A stretch of DNA of 64,000 nucleotides from the human T2T-CHM13v2.0 reference genome, Homo sapiens: NCBI RefSeq assembly GCF_009914755.1, contig NC_060929.1; one strand, given 5' to 3'. The notes under the pieces were generated by a model, which searched no databases, was not told the DNA's origin, and saw only the letters and a list, made by a program, of their open reading frames with translations. A program made the translations under genes and the position numbers. Shown here piece by piece: positions 42,350 to 56,570 of the stretch (positions are counted from its first letter, which is position 1; each line of letters begins with the position of its first letter).

Positions 42350-43067
42350 TTACCAATAACCATCATTTCCCCAAAGCTCTGACTCCTTTCCAGGAGTTTG
42401 TGTGGAACAGGTAAGATAACTGGCCATAAAATGCTTTGAAAACCCTATGCTAATAAAAGATACTTTATATTTATGTTCATTTGTTTATTGAAGTTTGCAT
42501 TTGGTTCCTTTATTCCATAGCACCAATGTATTCTCTATTTTTGGGCTAGGAAACAACAAGCAGACTCAAGTGTGTTATTTAACCTCAAGAAATAAAAATA
42601 TCCAGAGATAATATGATGAGTGAGGCTGAGAGTCAAGTCAGCAAGTCTTTGGTTAGAACTGGGCACTTCTTCACTCTCTTACCTGAGTAGATGGGAGCTT
42701 GTCCTCATTAGTCATAGGCCCCCCGTTACTTATAAAGAAGTTGTGAAAAATAATACTGACAATGATGATAATTTGAATGACACATGTTTAGTAATGCATA
42801 TAGATATATACTCATGGGTATGTATATACAGTCCTTTGCTACTTTTCTCAAAGCATGTTTTTCTCATCTATTGTTTTAATTTAGCTCACACTCACATGCA
42901 GAGGTAGAGTAGGAGTATTCCAATTGGAGAAATGGCCATGAAGTGCTTAAGTGGTTTGCTTCAAGGTCACACTGTGAGTGATAGAGGAGTTGAAACCAAG
43001 TCACAGAGCTCCCTAGTCCTGTGCCAGCACTCTGTATCAAGACCCCTCAGCTCCTGCGGGGCCTTGT

Positions 43068-43108
43068 GAAAAAACAAAAACAAACAAACAAACAAACAAA
43101 AAAAAACA
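43068..43108. repeat. (CAAA)n / A-rich microsatellite
   Basis: aaaaaacaaaaacaaacaaacaaacaaacaaaaaaaaac. Confidence 0.9.
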
Positions 43109-44439
43109 GGATCCTGAGCCTCACATTAAACAATTAGGAACTGGAGCATTTTCACACTTTAGAAAATATTTGATCCATGTAGCCTAGCCCTCTTCCCTCA
43201 TGTCACATACAGGGAAACAGAGGACCACAAGTAGGAGCCCACTTGGGCAGGTGAGTTTTCTGCCAACTGCTCAAGCACCTACTGATGCTTCAGCTCTCTG
43301 TCTTTTAACCTCATATGTAGCTGGTGACTAAGGTGGATGGAGATAATGCAGTAGAAGTCAAGGTGGTCCCCTCTGAGGACCATCTTACCAGAGAGGGAAT
43401 CACAGTAGGAAGAGAACTCTTCAGTTAATTGATAATTTTTTCTTTGCAATGGAAGGGAGGTCTCTGTGACCTTGGGTCTGACCTCGAGCCTGACATGCCT
43501 TTTTCCCTAGCCCTCTCTTGCTCTCCCTTCAGGGATTTGGGCAAGGTAAATCTTCAAGTTCATTTACCTTCTTTAAAATTGGGCAGCTTTACACATTATC
43601 TTGGCCAATTTGAGCCTAAAAAGTGATGTAGCTCAGAAGCAGTCAAGTTTAGTTGGATGAACATGAGTATTAGGCTGGGAAGCTCATGCCCAAGTGTGAA
43701 CCTTGTAGCCTTAATCAAGTGTCTGCCTTAGAGCTAAGCTTCTCTCTTGGTGAAATGGTTTAAAATACCCATCCAGTACATGTCCTAAAATGGACATGAG
43801 GTTCCTCTGGGATAAAGGATGAGAAGATACTTTGTATTTTGTAACATTCTACTCAGATGCAGGATGTTCATCTCATTAATATTACACTCTGGTGCCAGTT
43901 TCTGGGGGGTCAGCTGCAGAGAAGCTAGTTCAGGCTGCAACATCTCATTAGAAGCTGAAATTTGGATTCAGGAAGAGGAGCATGGAGTGGGTGAGAGCCA
44001 CTGTCTGCTGCTCAAGTTCCTGCTGCTATCTGTATTCAGAGAGGCATCCTGGTACCTTAGCAGTGCTGCTCAGTGGGACGTCTCTGACTTTGATGTTGCA
44101 CGTGTCAACATTCTAATAGGGCAGCAGCCGAGATGGGGTATGAGTTTGGAAAGACATCTTATGACAGCTTTTTCCTAAAGATGTTTCAAGAGATAACCCT
44201 TTAGAAATAACGAAGGTAGTTTATGCATTTCATAGGAAACCCAGCGGCTTACGTAGCAGCTCACTTCGAAGTCTGGCATGCGGACGGCTTCCTACTCTCC
44301 CGTTTTTGCCCTCCCTGCACATCTGTGAGAAATCATCACTTGTCACAGTAACACAGTATTGTATTTAGTTACATTGACAGCAATGGTGAAAGGACTATAA
44401 GCCTATTTCCTTCTAAACTGTTCACATCAAATGAACCTT

Positions 44440-45362
44440 AAACATTTACTCCTCTCTTAAAATGTAAATCAGATCACCTCAGCCTACTGTTTAAACATTC
44501 TATCATGGCTTTCCATCATGAATAGAATCCAAATGCCTAACACAAGCTGGATGGTAGCCTGATCTGACCTTTGCTGACCTCTCTGACCTCCCCTCACACA
44601 CAGCTCCCCTTGCTCACTGTGCTTGAGCCACACTGGTCTTCATTTGTGCTCAAATATGCCAAGTTTTCTCCTACCTTAGGAGCTACTATTAAAATACCTA
44701 ACTAAAGCTCTAAAGCTCTTCATGCCTGCACCACTCTTTTCTAAGATATTTCCTGCCTGCCTCCTTCACATCGAGTCTCAGCCCAGCTCAGCCATCTCTT
44801 CAGTCAGTACTTCGCTGACCTTCCCCTTTGGCCCCACTCCTACCCCTCTGTACATCTCCATTACATTGCCTTTGGTAATGTCTTCTTAGCACATATCGAT
44901 TTGTTTACCTATTAATTCCATGCCATGAGAGGAGAGATTCTTTCTTTTCTCTTTTTTTTTTTTTTAGAAGGGTGTTGTTCTGTCACCCAGGATGGTGTGC
45001 AGTGGCATGATCTCCGCTCACTGCAATCTCTGCTCCCTGCCTCCAAGGTTCAACCTATTCTCCTGCCTCAGCCTCCCAAGTAGCTGAGACTACAGGCACA
45101 TGTCACCACGCCCGGCTAATTTTTGTATTTTAAGTAGAGATGGGGTTTCACCATGTTGGCCAGGCTGGTCTCAAACTCCTGGTCTCATGTGATCTACGTG
45201 CCTCAACCTCCCAAAGTGCTGGGATCACAGGCGTAAGCCACCACACTCAGCCTGAGATCCTTTCTTTCTTATGGTCTCCTGAATCTCTAGCATGGAAGAA
45301 TAAAGGTGCCGTAGCACAGAATAGATCTATTATCCAATGAATATTTGTTGGAGGAATGAATC
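44440..45362 (+). mobile_element. L2 relic interrupted by an Alu
   Basis: taaaatgtaaatcagatcac...ccttgctcactgtgcttgagccacactgg...aatgaatatttgttggaggaatgaat. Confidence 0.75.
44941..45253 (-). mobile_element. Full-length Alu (S/J)
   Basis: Antisense dimeric Alu; TSD-like gagattctttcttt / gagatcctttcttt. Confidence 0.93.
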
Positions 45363-45489
45363 AATCCTCTCTTTTTACAGAGGGAGAAGTTAGGACCAGA
45401 GAAGAGTAGACATCATTGTGTTTCTGAAGGTTTTATGTTAGCACCTTTGGGCCATGCTGGGACCTTGGCAAATTATAGCATTCAAGGGT

Positions 45490-45630
45490 TTTAGGGTAAT
45501 GTTCATGGATCCCTAGAAAGTCAGCAAATGGGGATCAGGGTGTCTTGAGCCCTGTGAAAGTGTTGGCATATTTCTGGGGAGAAGATTCATAGCTTTTATT
45601 AGTACTTCAAATAGATATTTGATCCATTGG
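45490..45630 (+). mobile_element. MER103C-like relic
   Basis: atttctggggagaagattcatagcttttattag. Confidence 0.5.
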
Positions 45631-45990
45631 TAGCACCCATCAATTTTTCCTTTTAATTAGCTTAGTTTGGGGAATGTGGAGCGAGCCTAAAAGAGGATAG
45701 ATGTCTCAGCACCACCTTGAAGACCTTTCTTCTTTTTCACTGACAGCATGGTTCCATCGTTCTGCCCCTGAATACGGGGACAGCTCCTCTTTTTCTATTA
45801 CCAGAGCATATCTTTCTTAAATTCACTATTTCCATGATGAATCTACAGTGCCAGAAGCTAGAGTCTGGAATCAAAGAATTCCAGAGTTGGGAGAGCACTT
45901 AATTCAGTGTTCATAAACCAAAGTGTACAGCAGAATTTTCTGGGGAGCTTTTTACAACTATGCGTTTCCCACTCCTTCCCCTGACTTTTA

Positions 45991-46426
45991 TTTGTTTGTT
46001 TATTTTTGTTAGAGATAAGATCTTACTCTGTCACCCAGGCTGGAGTTCAGTGGCACGATCACAGCTCACTATAGCCTTGAACTCCTGGGCACAGCAATCA
46101 TCCACCTGAGCCTCCCAAGTAACCAGGACTACAGGGGGTGTGCCACCATGCCCAGCTAATTTTTGTATTTTTGGTAGAGACGGGGTTTCATCATGTTGCC
46201 CAGCCTCATCTCAAACTCCTGACCTCAAGCAATTCTCCCACCTCAGCCTCCCAAAGTGCTGGGATTACAGGCATGAGCCACCACACTTAGCTAATTGTAG
46301 TATTTTTGGTACAGATGGGGCTTCGCCATGTTGCCCAGACTCATTTTGAACTCCTGGGCTCAAGTGATCCGTCTGCCTCAGCCTCCCAAAGTGCTGGGAC
46401 TGCAAGTGTGAGCCTCTGCACCCGGG
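45991..46426 (-). mobile_element. Trimeric AluJ (left-left-right arms) inside one 14-bp TSD
   Basis: tcccctgactttta at 45977-45990 and 46427-46440; extra left arm at about 46292-46426. Confidence 0.9.
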
Positions 46427-46449
46427 TCCCCTGACTTTTAGAAGTGGAG

Positions 46450-46906
46450 TATATTAGGTTCCTAGTGTTTCTGTAACAAAATTCCACAAGCAGGATGGCT
46501 TAAAACAACAGAAACTCATGGTCTCATAGTTCTGAAGGATAGAAGTCTGAAATGAAAGTGTTGCTAGGGCTGTGCTCTCTCTAAAACCTGTAAGTGAGAA
46601 TCCTTCCTTGACTCTTCCTAGCTTCTGGTGGTTGCCATCAATCCTGGGTGATCCTTGACTTGAAACTGTCAAAGAACTCCTGCACTTTAATTTCCTCCTC
46701 TGTCACCACATGGCTCTTTCCCCTCGTGTGTCTGTGTGTCTTTTCTTCTTATAAGGACACCAATCAAATTGTATTAAGGTCCACCCTACTCCAGTATGAC
46801 CACATCCTAACTTTTTATGTCTACAATGACCCTATTTCCAAATAAGGTCACATTCTGAGGTACTGTAAGTTGAAACTTTGTTTTCAGGAGATACCCAAAA
46901 CATGAC
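46450..46906 (-). mobile_element. MLT1C-like MaLR solo LTR
   Basis: gtaacaaaattccacaag...ggcttaaaacaacagaaa...gaccctatttccaaataaggtcacattctgaggtact. Confidence 0.85.
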
Positions 46907-48332
46907 ATGACATGGGGTATGGGAATCTGTATTTTTTAAAAAAACTCCACCAGTGATTGTGTTGAGACACATTGCTCTTATACACATGCCCTTCACTGAA
47001 AAGGTGAGAGAAACTGAGGGCTGGGAAAGGGACAAGCTCAGAGTCACTCAGAGTCTCAATGACCCAGACTGGGGCACCAAGTATCATGATTCCCCCAACA
47101 TTCTTTCTAATGTGCCAAGCTGCCTTTTGGAGTCTGGACCTGGTGATGCTCTCACTGGTCTCCAAGGACCAGCATTTAAGTGAATATTTCCAGTGGTCCA
47201 TGTCTGCCCCAAGGGGCTACTTACTACTCCAGTGTAACTAGAGGGGCATTAGTGGATCTTTTGGTCAAATCAACTGCCTCCATCCCAAAGGATATGGTTT
47301 TGGGGCAAGTTGGACTACTCCAGCAGTCATGGACAGGCACCCCAGCTTCCTCCAAGTTGTACTCATGTTGCCCCAAATTACTGTGGCGGATGGCTGGTAC
47401 TATGATGAAATTCTGTGTTATATGTGTGAGAAGACTTCCTTCCTCATCCATCACTTACCCAGAACACTAACATGTGGTATATATTAACACGATCCTCTCT
47501 TGGGTTAGCATGTGGGTGGGTTCTTAGGAAAATAAATTAACATCTGGAAAGACAACCCAAGCCTTGCCCACAGTGTTTGAGATGTTACTCAGTGGAAATA
47601 TTGGTTGTCGTGCCCAATTTGTGTCCCCTCCCATTGTGTTTTTATGCTGGAAGTCTGCACAATCTGTTGATCCCCGTCTCAACTGGCTCCCTCACAGCAG
47701 ATGCATTTAAAGTCACAGATCTCAAAGTAAGCAAATCTAAAGTGTTTAATCTATTATTAATCAGCTAGTTGCCCAAATGATAGAGCTCTAGGGGACCCTG
47801 AGGAAGACATCAATATTTATGGCCTCCTTAGGGAGTGCATATTTTTCTCTCTCTCCTTTATTCCCACCTTTCTTGCCTTCAGATGAGAATGGAAATATGA
47901 AGCCTGTTATGTTTTATGCCATTGTACAAGGCAGGAATGTCATGTTTTGAAATGAGATGACTACAATGTGGTATTTTATGTTTGTTTGAGAATATTAGCT
48001 GTTAGGGCTGTGGTAACCTCTACCAGATTGGGTTAAACAAAAGCAGTCTGCAGTCCATGATAATACAATGGAAAAGCATAGGGAACACAAGAAACCTGGG
48101 TGAACTTTTTCACAAACAATTCATTTTTCTAATGAGGCAACTAAAGCTCAGAAAAGGAAAGGGTCTTCCTTGTGATCATACATTCATTTTATCATTCAAC
48201 AAACCTTAACTGAATACCTCCTATTCAACAGTGCACGAGCTGCCAGGAACAATGAAGTAAGTATTAACAGAAATGCCTAACATTTACTGAGCACTTCTTA
48301 GGTGCTGGGTACACACTAAGTCCTTCAAGTAG

Positions 48333-48800
<468 letters not shown>

Positions 48801-49016
48801 CCTGTCCTCATTTCTTATGCTCCAGCCTCAGTGGCTTTCATTGTTACTGTTTTTGGAATATAAATCAGGCTTATTGCCCCTTTGGACCTTTGAATCACCT
48901 GTCCATGCTGACTAGATTCCTCTTCCCATCCTCATTTCTGGCTACTCATATTTCAGGTCTTAGCACAAAATCTTTTTCAGCAATTTCTTGAAAGTGAGTC
49001 ACCCCATTCTCACCCA

Positions 49017-49064
49017 TTAAGAGATAGTGACTATCGCTATCATAAGATAGTCACTATCTCTTAA
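49017..49064. repeat. Perfect 19-bp inverted repeat with 10-nt spacer
   Basis: ttaagagatagtgactatc-gctatcataa-gatagtcactatctcttaa. Confidence 0.97.
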
Positions 49065-49090
49065 CAAACCTGTTTTAGTGTCATCCTACA

Positions 49091-49334
49091 CAGTGATGTG
49101 CTGTCAAATCCTTAACACCTGAGTCTGATGGGGTGGTGGTGAGGAGGGGGAGTGTGGTGAGGAGGGGGAGTGTGCTGATTTCAAGCATTTGCCAATTTTC
49201 ATGATGTAAAGACCTTTACTATGGCTGATTCAATAGTTCAAGCTATCAGCATGATGTCACTGAATGAGAAGTTGGGAAGAGATATACACAGTCCACTCTT
49301 GTGAGCCACTATGCACCAGCTCTGACATACTTCT
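49091..49334 (+). mobile_element. MER63A-like hAT MITE containing an 18-bp tandem duplication
   Basis: cagtgatgtgctg...ttcaagctatcagcatgatgtcactgaatgagaagttgggaagagat; gtggtgaggagggggagt twice at 49136-49171. Confidence 0.75.
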
Positions 49335-50264
49335 TGTTGTCTGAAATTATCATATTTATTTGTTTAGTTGTAATTCTTTTACCCTCCTATGCAATGTAAG
49401 CTCCAAAGGAAGAGGAACCTTATTTGTTCTGGTTATGGTTGTATTTCTAGCATCTGGAACAGGGCCAAGAATATGATAGTAACTTAATAAATAACTGTGG
49501 AATGAATTATGAATGAATGAATGAGAATTCTCACAATAACTCGGTTAGGTAGGTGCTACTATTATCCTCATTCACCGAGTAAGGAGACTAAAATGTGGCT
49601 AGAGATTAAATAACTTGTCCAAGCTCACACAGTCAGTGCATGGGATTGCCAGGATTTGAATCAAGGCAATTTTTCTCCAGAGTCTCTTCTCTAAATCCCA
49701 AGTTATATGAATTTAACAAAGTCACTCCTCTTGAAGAGCTCAAAGTCTAGAGAAGAAATAGACACTTGAACAAAAGGGGAATAATGCACCCATGACAATG
49801 ACAAATATGTACGTAATATACACTCAGAGACCTCGGTGAGTGAGAACCAGGAGAGTGGCATGGTGATTAAGTAAGGTAATATTTGATGGAGTCTTGGAGG
49901 ATATCATTGGAGTGCTTTTTCCACCATGCCAAAGTTGCTTCCCACCTGGAAAAACTGACATTATGAAATCTTTCTTGGATAAGGAAGAGAAATCAGGCTT
50001 TACTCAAATGTAAAGAAAAGCACAGAAGCATTATTGAGATGGTTTGAGGGTCAGCCGGATATTTCAGTACACAAGAAAACTGATAGTCCACTTGAGGCAC
50101 ATTTCCAGACAGGGTCTTAACTTCTCCTCACTGCTGATCTTGTGACATGTTCTCTGATGAAGGGCTTTTTTAAGCTCTAGGTTGAATTGCTCACCCATTT
50201 CTGCTTCTGATTCTTTGCCTCCTGCATCAAAATTTCAGGTGGCTACTCACCTGGGATGGTAGTG

Positions 50265-50663
50265 TGATATAGTTTGGATGTTTGCTCCCACCCAAATCTC
50301 ATGTTGAATTGTAATCCCCAATGCTGAAGGTGGGGCCTAGTGGGAGGTGTGTGGGTCATGGGGGCAGATCCCTCAGGGCTTGGTGCTGTTCTTCCAATAG
50401 GGACTGACTTCTCATAAGATCTAGTTGTTATAAAATGTGGCACCTCCCCCACCACCCTCTCTCACTCTTGTTTTTGCCATGTGACATGCTTGCTCCCACT
50501 TCACTACCCACCATGATTATAAGCTTCCAGAGGCCTCCCCAGAAGCAGATGCTGGTGCTATGCTTCCTGTACTGCCTGCAGAACTGTGAGCCAATTAAAC
50601 CTCTTAAATAAATTATCCAGTCTCAGGTATTTCTTTACAGCAGTGCAAGAACAGCCTAACACA
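50265..50663 (+). mobile_element. MST (MSTB-like) MaLR solo LTR
   Basis: tgatatagtttggatg...cccaaatctcatgttgaattgtaatcccc...gaactgtgagccaattaaacctct...ctaacaca; perfect TSD tagtg. Confidence 0.92.
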
Positions 50664-50874
50664 TAGTGAGTGGACAGAGTACTATTGCAGTCTCTGATTG
50701 TTCTAGTAGCCAGGCTTGAGAAACCACAGAGTCATCACTGACAACTGCCTTGGCACTCCCTGCCTCTTCTTCTCCCCTCCCCAATCCCAAATAGCTACTA
50801 GGTTCCTTTGTCAGGTCTTGCATCATACCTTTCCCTTCATCTCCACAGCTATCATTCTGGTCCAAGATATGGGT

Positions 50875-51400
50875 CTATTCATCCACTCATTCATTCAACA
50901 TACGCTGAGTTGTTGTCTGCTCTGTCCCAGGCAATGTGGTAGGCTCAGGGAATACAATGATAACCAAAAGCAGACATGACTCCTACACTCACAGATCCTA
51001 TTTCCAGGGGGGCATATTCTAGTGGGGCAAGCAGTTGTAAATCAAATAACCACCTGCATAAATGGATAATGCCACTGTGATGAAAATTACCAAGGGGAGA
51101 AGGACATGGTGCTGGGGGAGTCTCTAACAGGGCATTTGACATAATCAGGAACACCAGGGAAGTAGTCACATTTATACCAAAATCTTAGGTTCTAAAAAAT
51201 GAGAAAGCATTAAGGTATCGAATGGAGGAAAGGTCATTCCTGCCAATTGAAAAGACATGTACAAATATTCTTCAATGGAAGGACCTTAGCTCCTGCCAGG
51301 ATAGTGAAAAGCAGGTTGGTTTGGATGGGGACAGAGAACACAGGCAGAGAATGATGTGGGATCAGGCTGAATAAATACGGCAGTGTTAGCCTCTGTGTCT
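50875..51400 (-). mobile_element. L2 relic
   Basis: tcattcattcaacatacgctgagt...tctgtcccaggcaatgtg...cattcctg. Confidence 0.65.
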
Positions 51401-53059
51401 AGATATTTGAGGGAATCAATTTTTGCACTCCCTCTATAATACCTAGTCTCCCCTTCTGGCTCTTTTTGTGCACCCTTTGCCAAATTCCTCTTTCTAAAGC
51501 ACTGGGTTTGTGTGTATGTGTATGCACGCACTTCCCCCAACCCCCATGCCTCCATTACTCCTCTACTCCAAAAAATGTCAGTTGTTTTTCTAGTGCCTGC
51601 AATGTAAGGCCTAAGCCCACTGGCATCAAAGACTTCTGTAATTTAGCATCAACTAAACTTTCAGCTGTCACTTCCCACTGTTGGGAAACCATATAACATG
51701 ATGTTAGAACATAGTGACAGAAGGAGCTTTGGAGTCAAATAGCTGATGTAAATCTTGTTTCTTCCATTTTCTGCCTTTGTGACCTAGGACAGATTGCTTA
51801 ATCCTGCTGAGCCTATGGTTTTATACTTTTAAATTGAAATTATAGTGTAAAGTTTAAATCAGATAATTAAATAAAGCCTTGAGCATAATCCATGATGTAC
51901 TGAAAGTAATGATTAAATAATAGTCTATTAGACTATACAGCCTACTCACTATCTCTCATTCTTATCTAGTATTTACTAGCTAGTTAGGCACTATTTCTAT
52001 TGCTTAGAACAACTTCTTTCGCATCTATCCAAAATGTATAACCCTTTGGTCACCAGATCAATATCTTCAGCTCCTTCCTTTCAGGTACTATATATTGCAT
52101 TTGCTTCATAACACCTAATACAATGCATGAAGCATGCTTTTAATAAACATTCCTTGGATGGATGAATAAATAAATGAATAAAGAAATGAAGTAAAAGAAA
52201 GTCAATTTTTATATTATTCTAAGTGAGGGAAAAAAGAGAAACGAATCAAAATATCTTGGAAATAAAATTCTGTTCCTCTCTGAGCTTTTGATTTGTTTAT
52301 AAGCTGGGGAGCATGTTGCTTACCATTTATTTAGTCTCACAAGTATGTTAACATCATCAACATAAGGTTTATGAAGTACTTTATACTGCCTGGAGGAAGG
52401 ATGGTATAGAAATTTAAAATATTATATATGATCCTTCCAGGAAGAAAAAAAGAAGCAATATCTATTCTGTGAGGTGCATCAATTTTGGATCACTCTAATG
52501 GAAGTGCCCCGAGCAGTTGGTTTATTTCTTCAAATGTGAATTAATTTATACATTTCAAAGCTCCTGATGGATACTTTTCATTTTAATTAAGTACATTTTT
52601 GCCAAATTTCAACTTTAAAAACTCAACAAATTTGTTCCCACACTTGCTTTGTAGAATTTGCAATATTAGATATAAATTTATTATAAAAGGGTATGTTAGA
52701 AACTTCTCATACTGAAATCGGCCACCCAGCAACTTTTTCTTAGGATTCAAGTGCTCTAACATGTGCTTGCTTGTTTGTCTGTGTGATTCGGTGGTTTTAT
52801 TTTGATTTTCATAGAAAATAATAAATATGTCTTGAAATGATCATTTCATTACTGAGTATTGCCAGAGGTTCAGAGTCCTTGTGTGCATCTGCATTTACTC
52901 TCAGGTTGGCACTATAAACTGCTACTGCAATTGTGATAAACTATCGAGAACAGAAAAAAGAAAATTTGATACAGAAATAATGCATAGTAAAATAATGCTG
53001 GGTGAGGGCTCACTGACATAATAATGTACTGTATGGAAAAAGAGGGAAGATGCTGTTGA

Positions 53060-53427
53060 AGAAACTGAATATTCACGCAGCGCACAGTAGTTCAGGTGTG
53101 CTGAGCTCACAGAATCAATGTGATTGCACAGTACTATATTGCTGTCACAAATGGTGTTTTGGAGTAAACAAATACCATTGTTTCTAACATTAAATTAATA
53201 TTGGTGATTCAAAATGTACTGAAATTATAATTTGTGTTTGTCTCATTTGTAAATTTCCTTTGGTTTTATAGTTTTAAGATAGCTATAAATAAAGGATTGA
53301 TCTCTGACTTCATGTTTGTACATTTTCAAGTATCATTATAGTAAATATAATTTGTCAACATTGTGGATTCAGAAGAACAGTTTCCTTCAAAAAGCGTTCA
53401 TAAATTACATCAGTTCGAAAAAATTGC
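53060..53427 (+). mobile_element. MER113/Charlie-type hAT relic
   Basis: cagtagttcaggtgtg...agctataaataaagg...atgtttgtacatttt...gtcaacattgtgga...gttcgaaaaaattg resembles the MER113 3' half as I recall it. Confidence 0.5.
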
Positions 53428-53697
53428 ATTAGTAGATGATAGTAAAAGCCTCCAAGAAAGTGTTGCATTATGGCCAAGCTTTATTATACCAAGTTCACAA
53501 AACATAAAGGGAGGAATCAGAAATGCAGAGAATGGCAGATATGGAAACAGCAGCTTTGCAGGTAAGAGTAAAATACTGAAGTTCTAAGAGGTTTTTAGGG
53601 TTGGATAAAATGGAAAATTCAAGACTGAGAGACCGCCAGAGTCCTGTGAGTATTGTTGATGAACTCTTAAAATGTGCAAACTCAACAAGCTATTGAA

Positions 53698-53698
<1 letters not shown>

Positions 53699-53729
<31 letters not shown>
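53699..53729. repeat. (TG)15 microsatellite
   Basis: Pure tg run. Confidence 0.97.
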
Positions 53730-53732
<3 letters not shown>

Positions 53733-54589
53733 AATATATGTATCTCTTCTTCAATGCTTTGGAGATCTTTTTCCTACAGGACTACTTCTCTAATTTACCA
53801 ATAACAGGCTTTGTGGAAATGATACCAATTTTAAAGAAATTTACTTTACACCTATATTTTCCTAAAAAAAAATTTGTGAAACAAGGGCATCCTTATTTTA
53901 CCTCTTCAAAACTGTTATCTATACCAAGTTATCATAAAAGCAGTAAACCTGCATTTGTTAGTTTTTAAACTTTATTTTCAACTTCCTATGTCTATAAATG
54001 TTTGTTCTTGTTTAGGATGTGTACTGTGCTTGTTAGAAGAATACCACCTTTTTTTCTTACCCTTTTAAAGTTGAGAAGATTATTTGTAAGAGTGTGAAAT
54101 GGTCTAAGCATTGCCCCTTTAAATGGGGGTATTGTGTTAATTGTAAGCACTGCAAAGTGGGTTGCTATATTGTGGCTGTTGTACTCAGTGTCAAAAGATT
54201 TAGTTCCTTCTTGACCCAGTCCTAGTTATTCAAGAGTCATCAAACAGAGATACACAATTTTAAATTGTTTTTCAGAATGAATCTGAAGAGAGCGAAGAGT
54301 TGAGTGGAGAAGTCAGCTAGATCATCCTTGTCTATCTATGCAGACTCCTTCCCATAATTTTTCCCCAATCTAGTTTATGCCTAATTTTATACCAGGAATT
54401 TCTTCCTGACCTTTTAATTGCCTGTCCTTAGGGCATGAAAATTATGAGTGTAATTTTACAGACCATTCTTAACTTTTCAAAACCATTCCAACGATATTCA
54501 TCTAAGAAATGGCCAGTGTTTGTGGAGCACTAATTTGTCACGCAGCATTGTGCTAGACATTCAAGATATCCCATTGAGTATCGCACGAA

Positions 54590-54840
54590 AACCCTGACCA
54601 ACACATCCCTATACCAACTAGGTCAGATCCTCATTCACAGGTATTCATAATACATAAAATTCCCCTGCATAGCACTAGGTCACATGTAGGCAATAATTAT
54701 TTATCTTGTATATGCCTTTTCACTCAACTGTGAGCTCCTAGAGGACATAGGTAAAATCTGTTTTGTTCACTGCTGAATTCCTAGAACCCAACATAGTATC
54801 TAGCACCAAGAAGCACTCAATAGAAGTTGGATGAACTAAA
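54590..54840 (+). mobile_element. L2 3' end
   Basis: actgtgagctccctagaggaca...ttttgttcactgctgaattcctag...gcactcaatagaagttggatga. Confidence 0.75.
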
Positions 54841-55875
54841 GAAGAAATGGTTGGTCTAGGAAGGGGTTGGGACCATAAGAAGCATACTGTTATTTAAGAA
54901 GCAAGGAAGGCATTTAAAAAGCACAGAATTGAATAAAGGCAGATTCCTGCAGCAAGAATGCCACACAAGTCAGAAAGTAGGCCAGATTATTAACTACAAA
55001 CTAAGGAAGTAGAATAACCTTTTGTGATTGCAACATGAAAGCAAAAGTCCAAACCAAGAATCATCTCAAAAGATAGAAAGTATATTAGGAAAACATGCTT
55101 TAACTGTACCCGGAAGAAAAAGAAGTGGGCTACCCCTTTTAGTGTGTGAGGAGGGAAAGCAAATGACTGATTTCAAAAGGCAAAAACATCTCGGGCTTTA
55201 TTCTTTTGCCCCACCTTAGTTTTTCTTTCCCAGAGTAAAGGCAGTGATATTATAAAAGCACACAGCATCCAGAGGGGTTGGGGAGGAGTATGGCCATGAA
55301 ACTAAGGGCTGATGAAAGATGATTTTAGAAGTTGGTTCTTTTCATAGCAAGAGGCTGTATTCCTTGAACTGTCCAAGCCATGGCCTGTTGTTTTTCAGAA
55401 CTCACAGAAGGTGGTAAAGGTCAGAGAGTGTCCCTGAAACTAGTAGATGGCTCTAGATTCCATTGAATTCCTGCCAAGGGGCCTGACAGCATAGATGAAT
55501 TCTACTACTTCCAGCTTCCTCTAGAGTTAGCAGAGTCCAGGTTTGGGAGTCAGGAGACCCAGATTCTAGTCCTGTCTGTGCCGTGGTCTCTTTGTGGTTT
55601 TGAGCATATCACTTTATCTCTTGTATCCTCAGTTTCCTCTTGTGTAAAAAGGAGATTTTTCTCATCACTAGTTGGTAGGACAAGGACATTTTTAATTTAT
55701 TTTTTCTCCCTAAATAATGCATGCATAACTTACAAAATCAAATGTTACTTCAAGTCATAAGACAAAATTCAACATTCTCTTCCCTCCTCCCTTTCTATCT
55801 TGGATTCCAGCTCTCACAGGGGATCACTTTAGGCTCTCTTAGCTGTTTCTTCTGATATTTTACCTTTGTATCTCT

Positions 55876-56570
<695 letters not shown>

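Noticed and set aside
45700-45725. REST/NRSE half-site tcagcacc
   Set aside because: The right half (ggacag) is missing; expected by chance
49017-49064. TTAA-flanked hairpin as a piggyBac-type MITE
   Set aside because: The TTAA is simply part of the palindrome arms, piggyBac CCC/GGG termini are absent, and one arm belongs to the host L2
52200-54350. Possible 3' UTR or processed pseudogene
   Set aside because: Part resembles a MER113-type hAT relic; there is no upstream CDS, poly(A) tail or TSD
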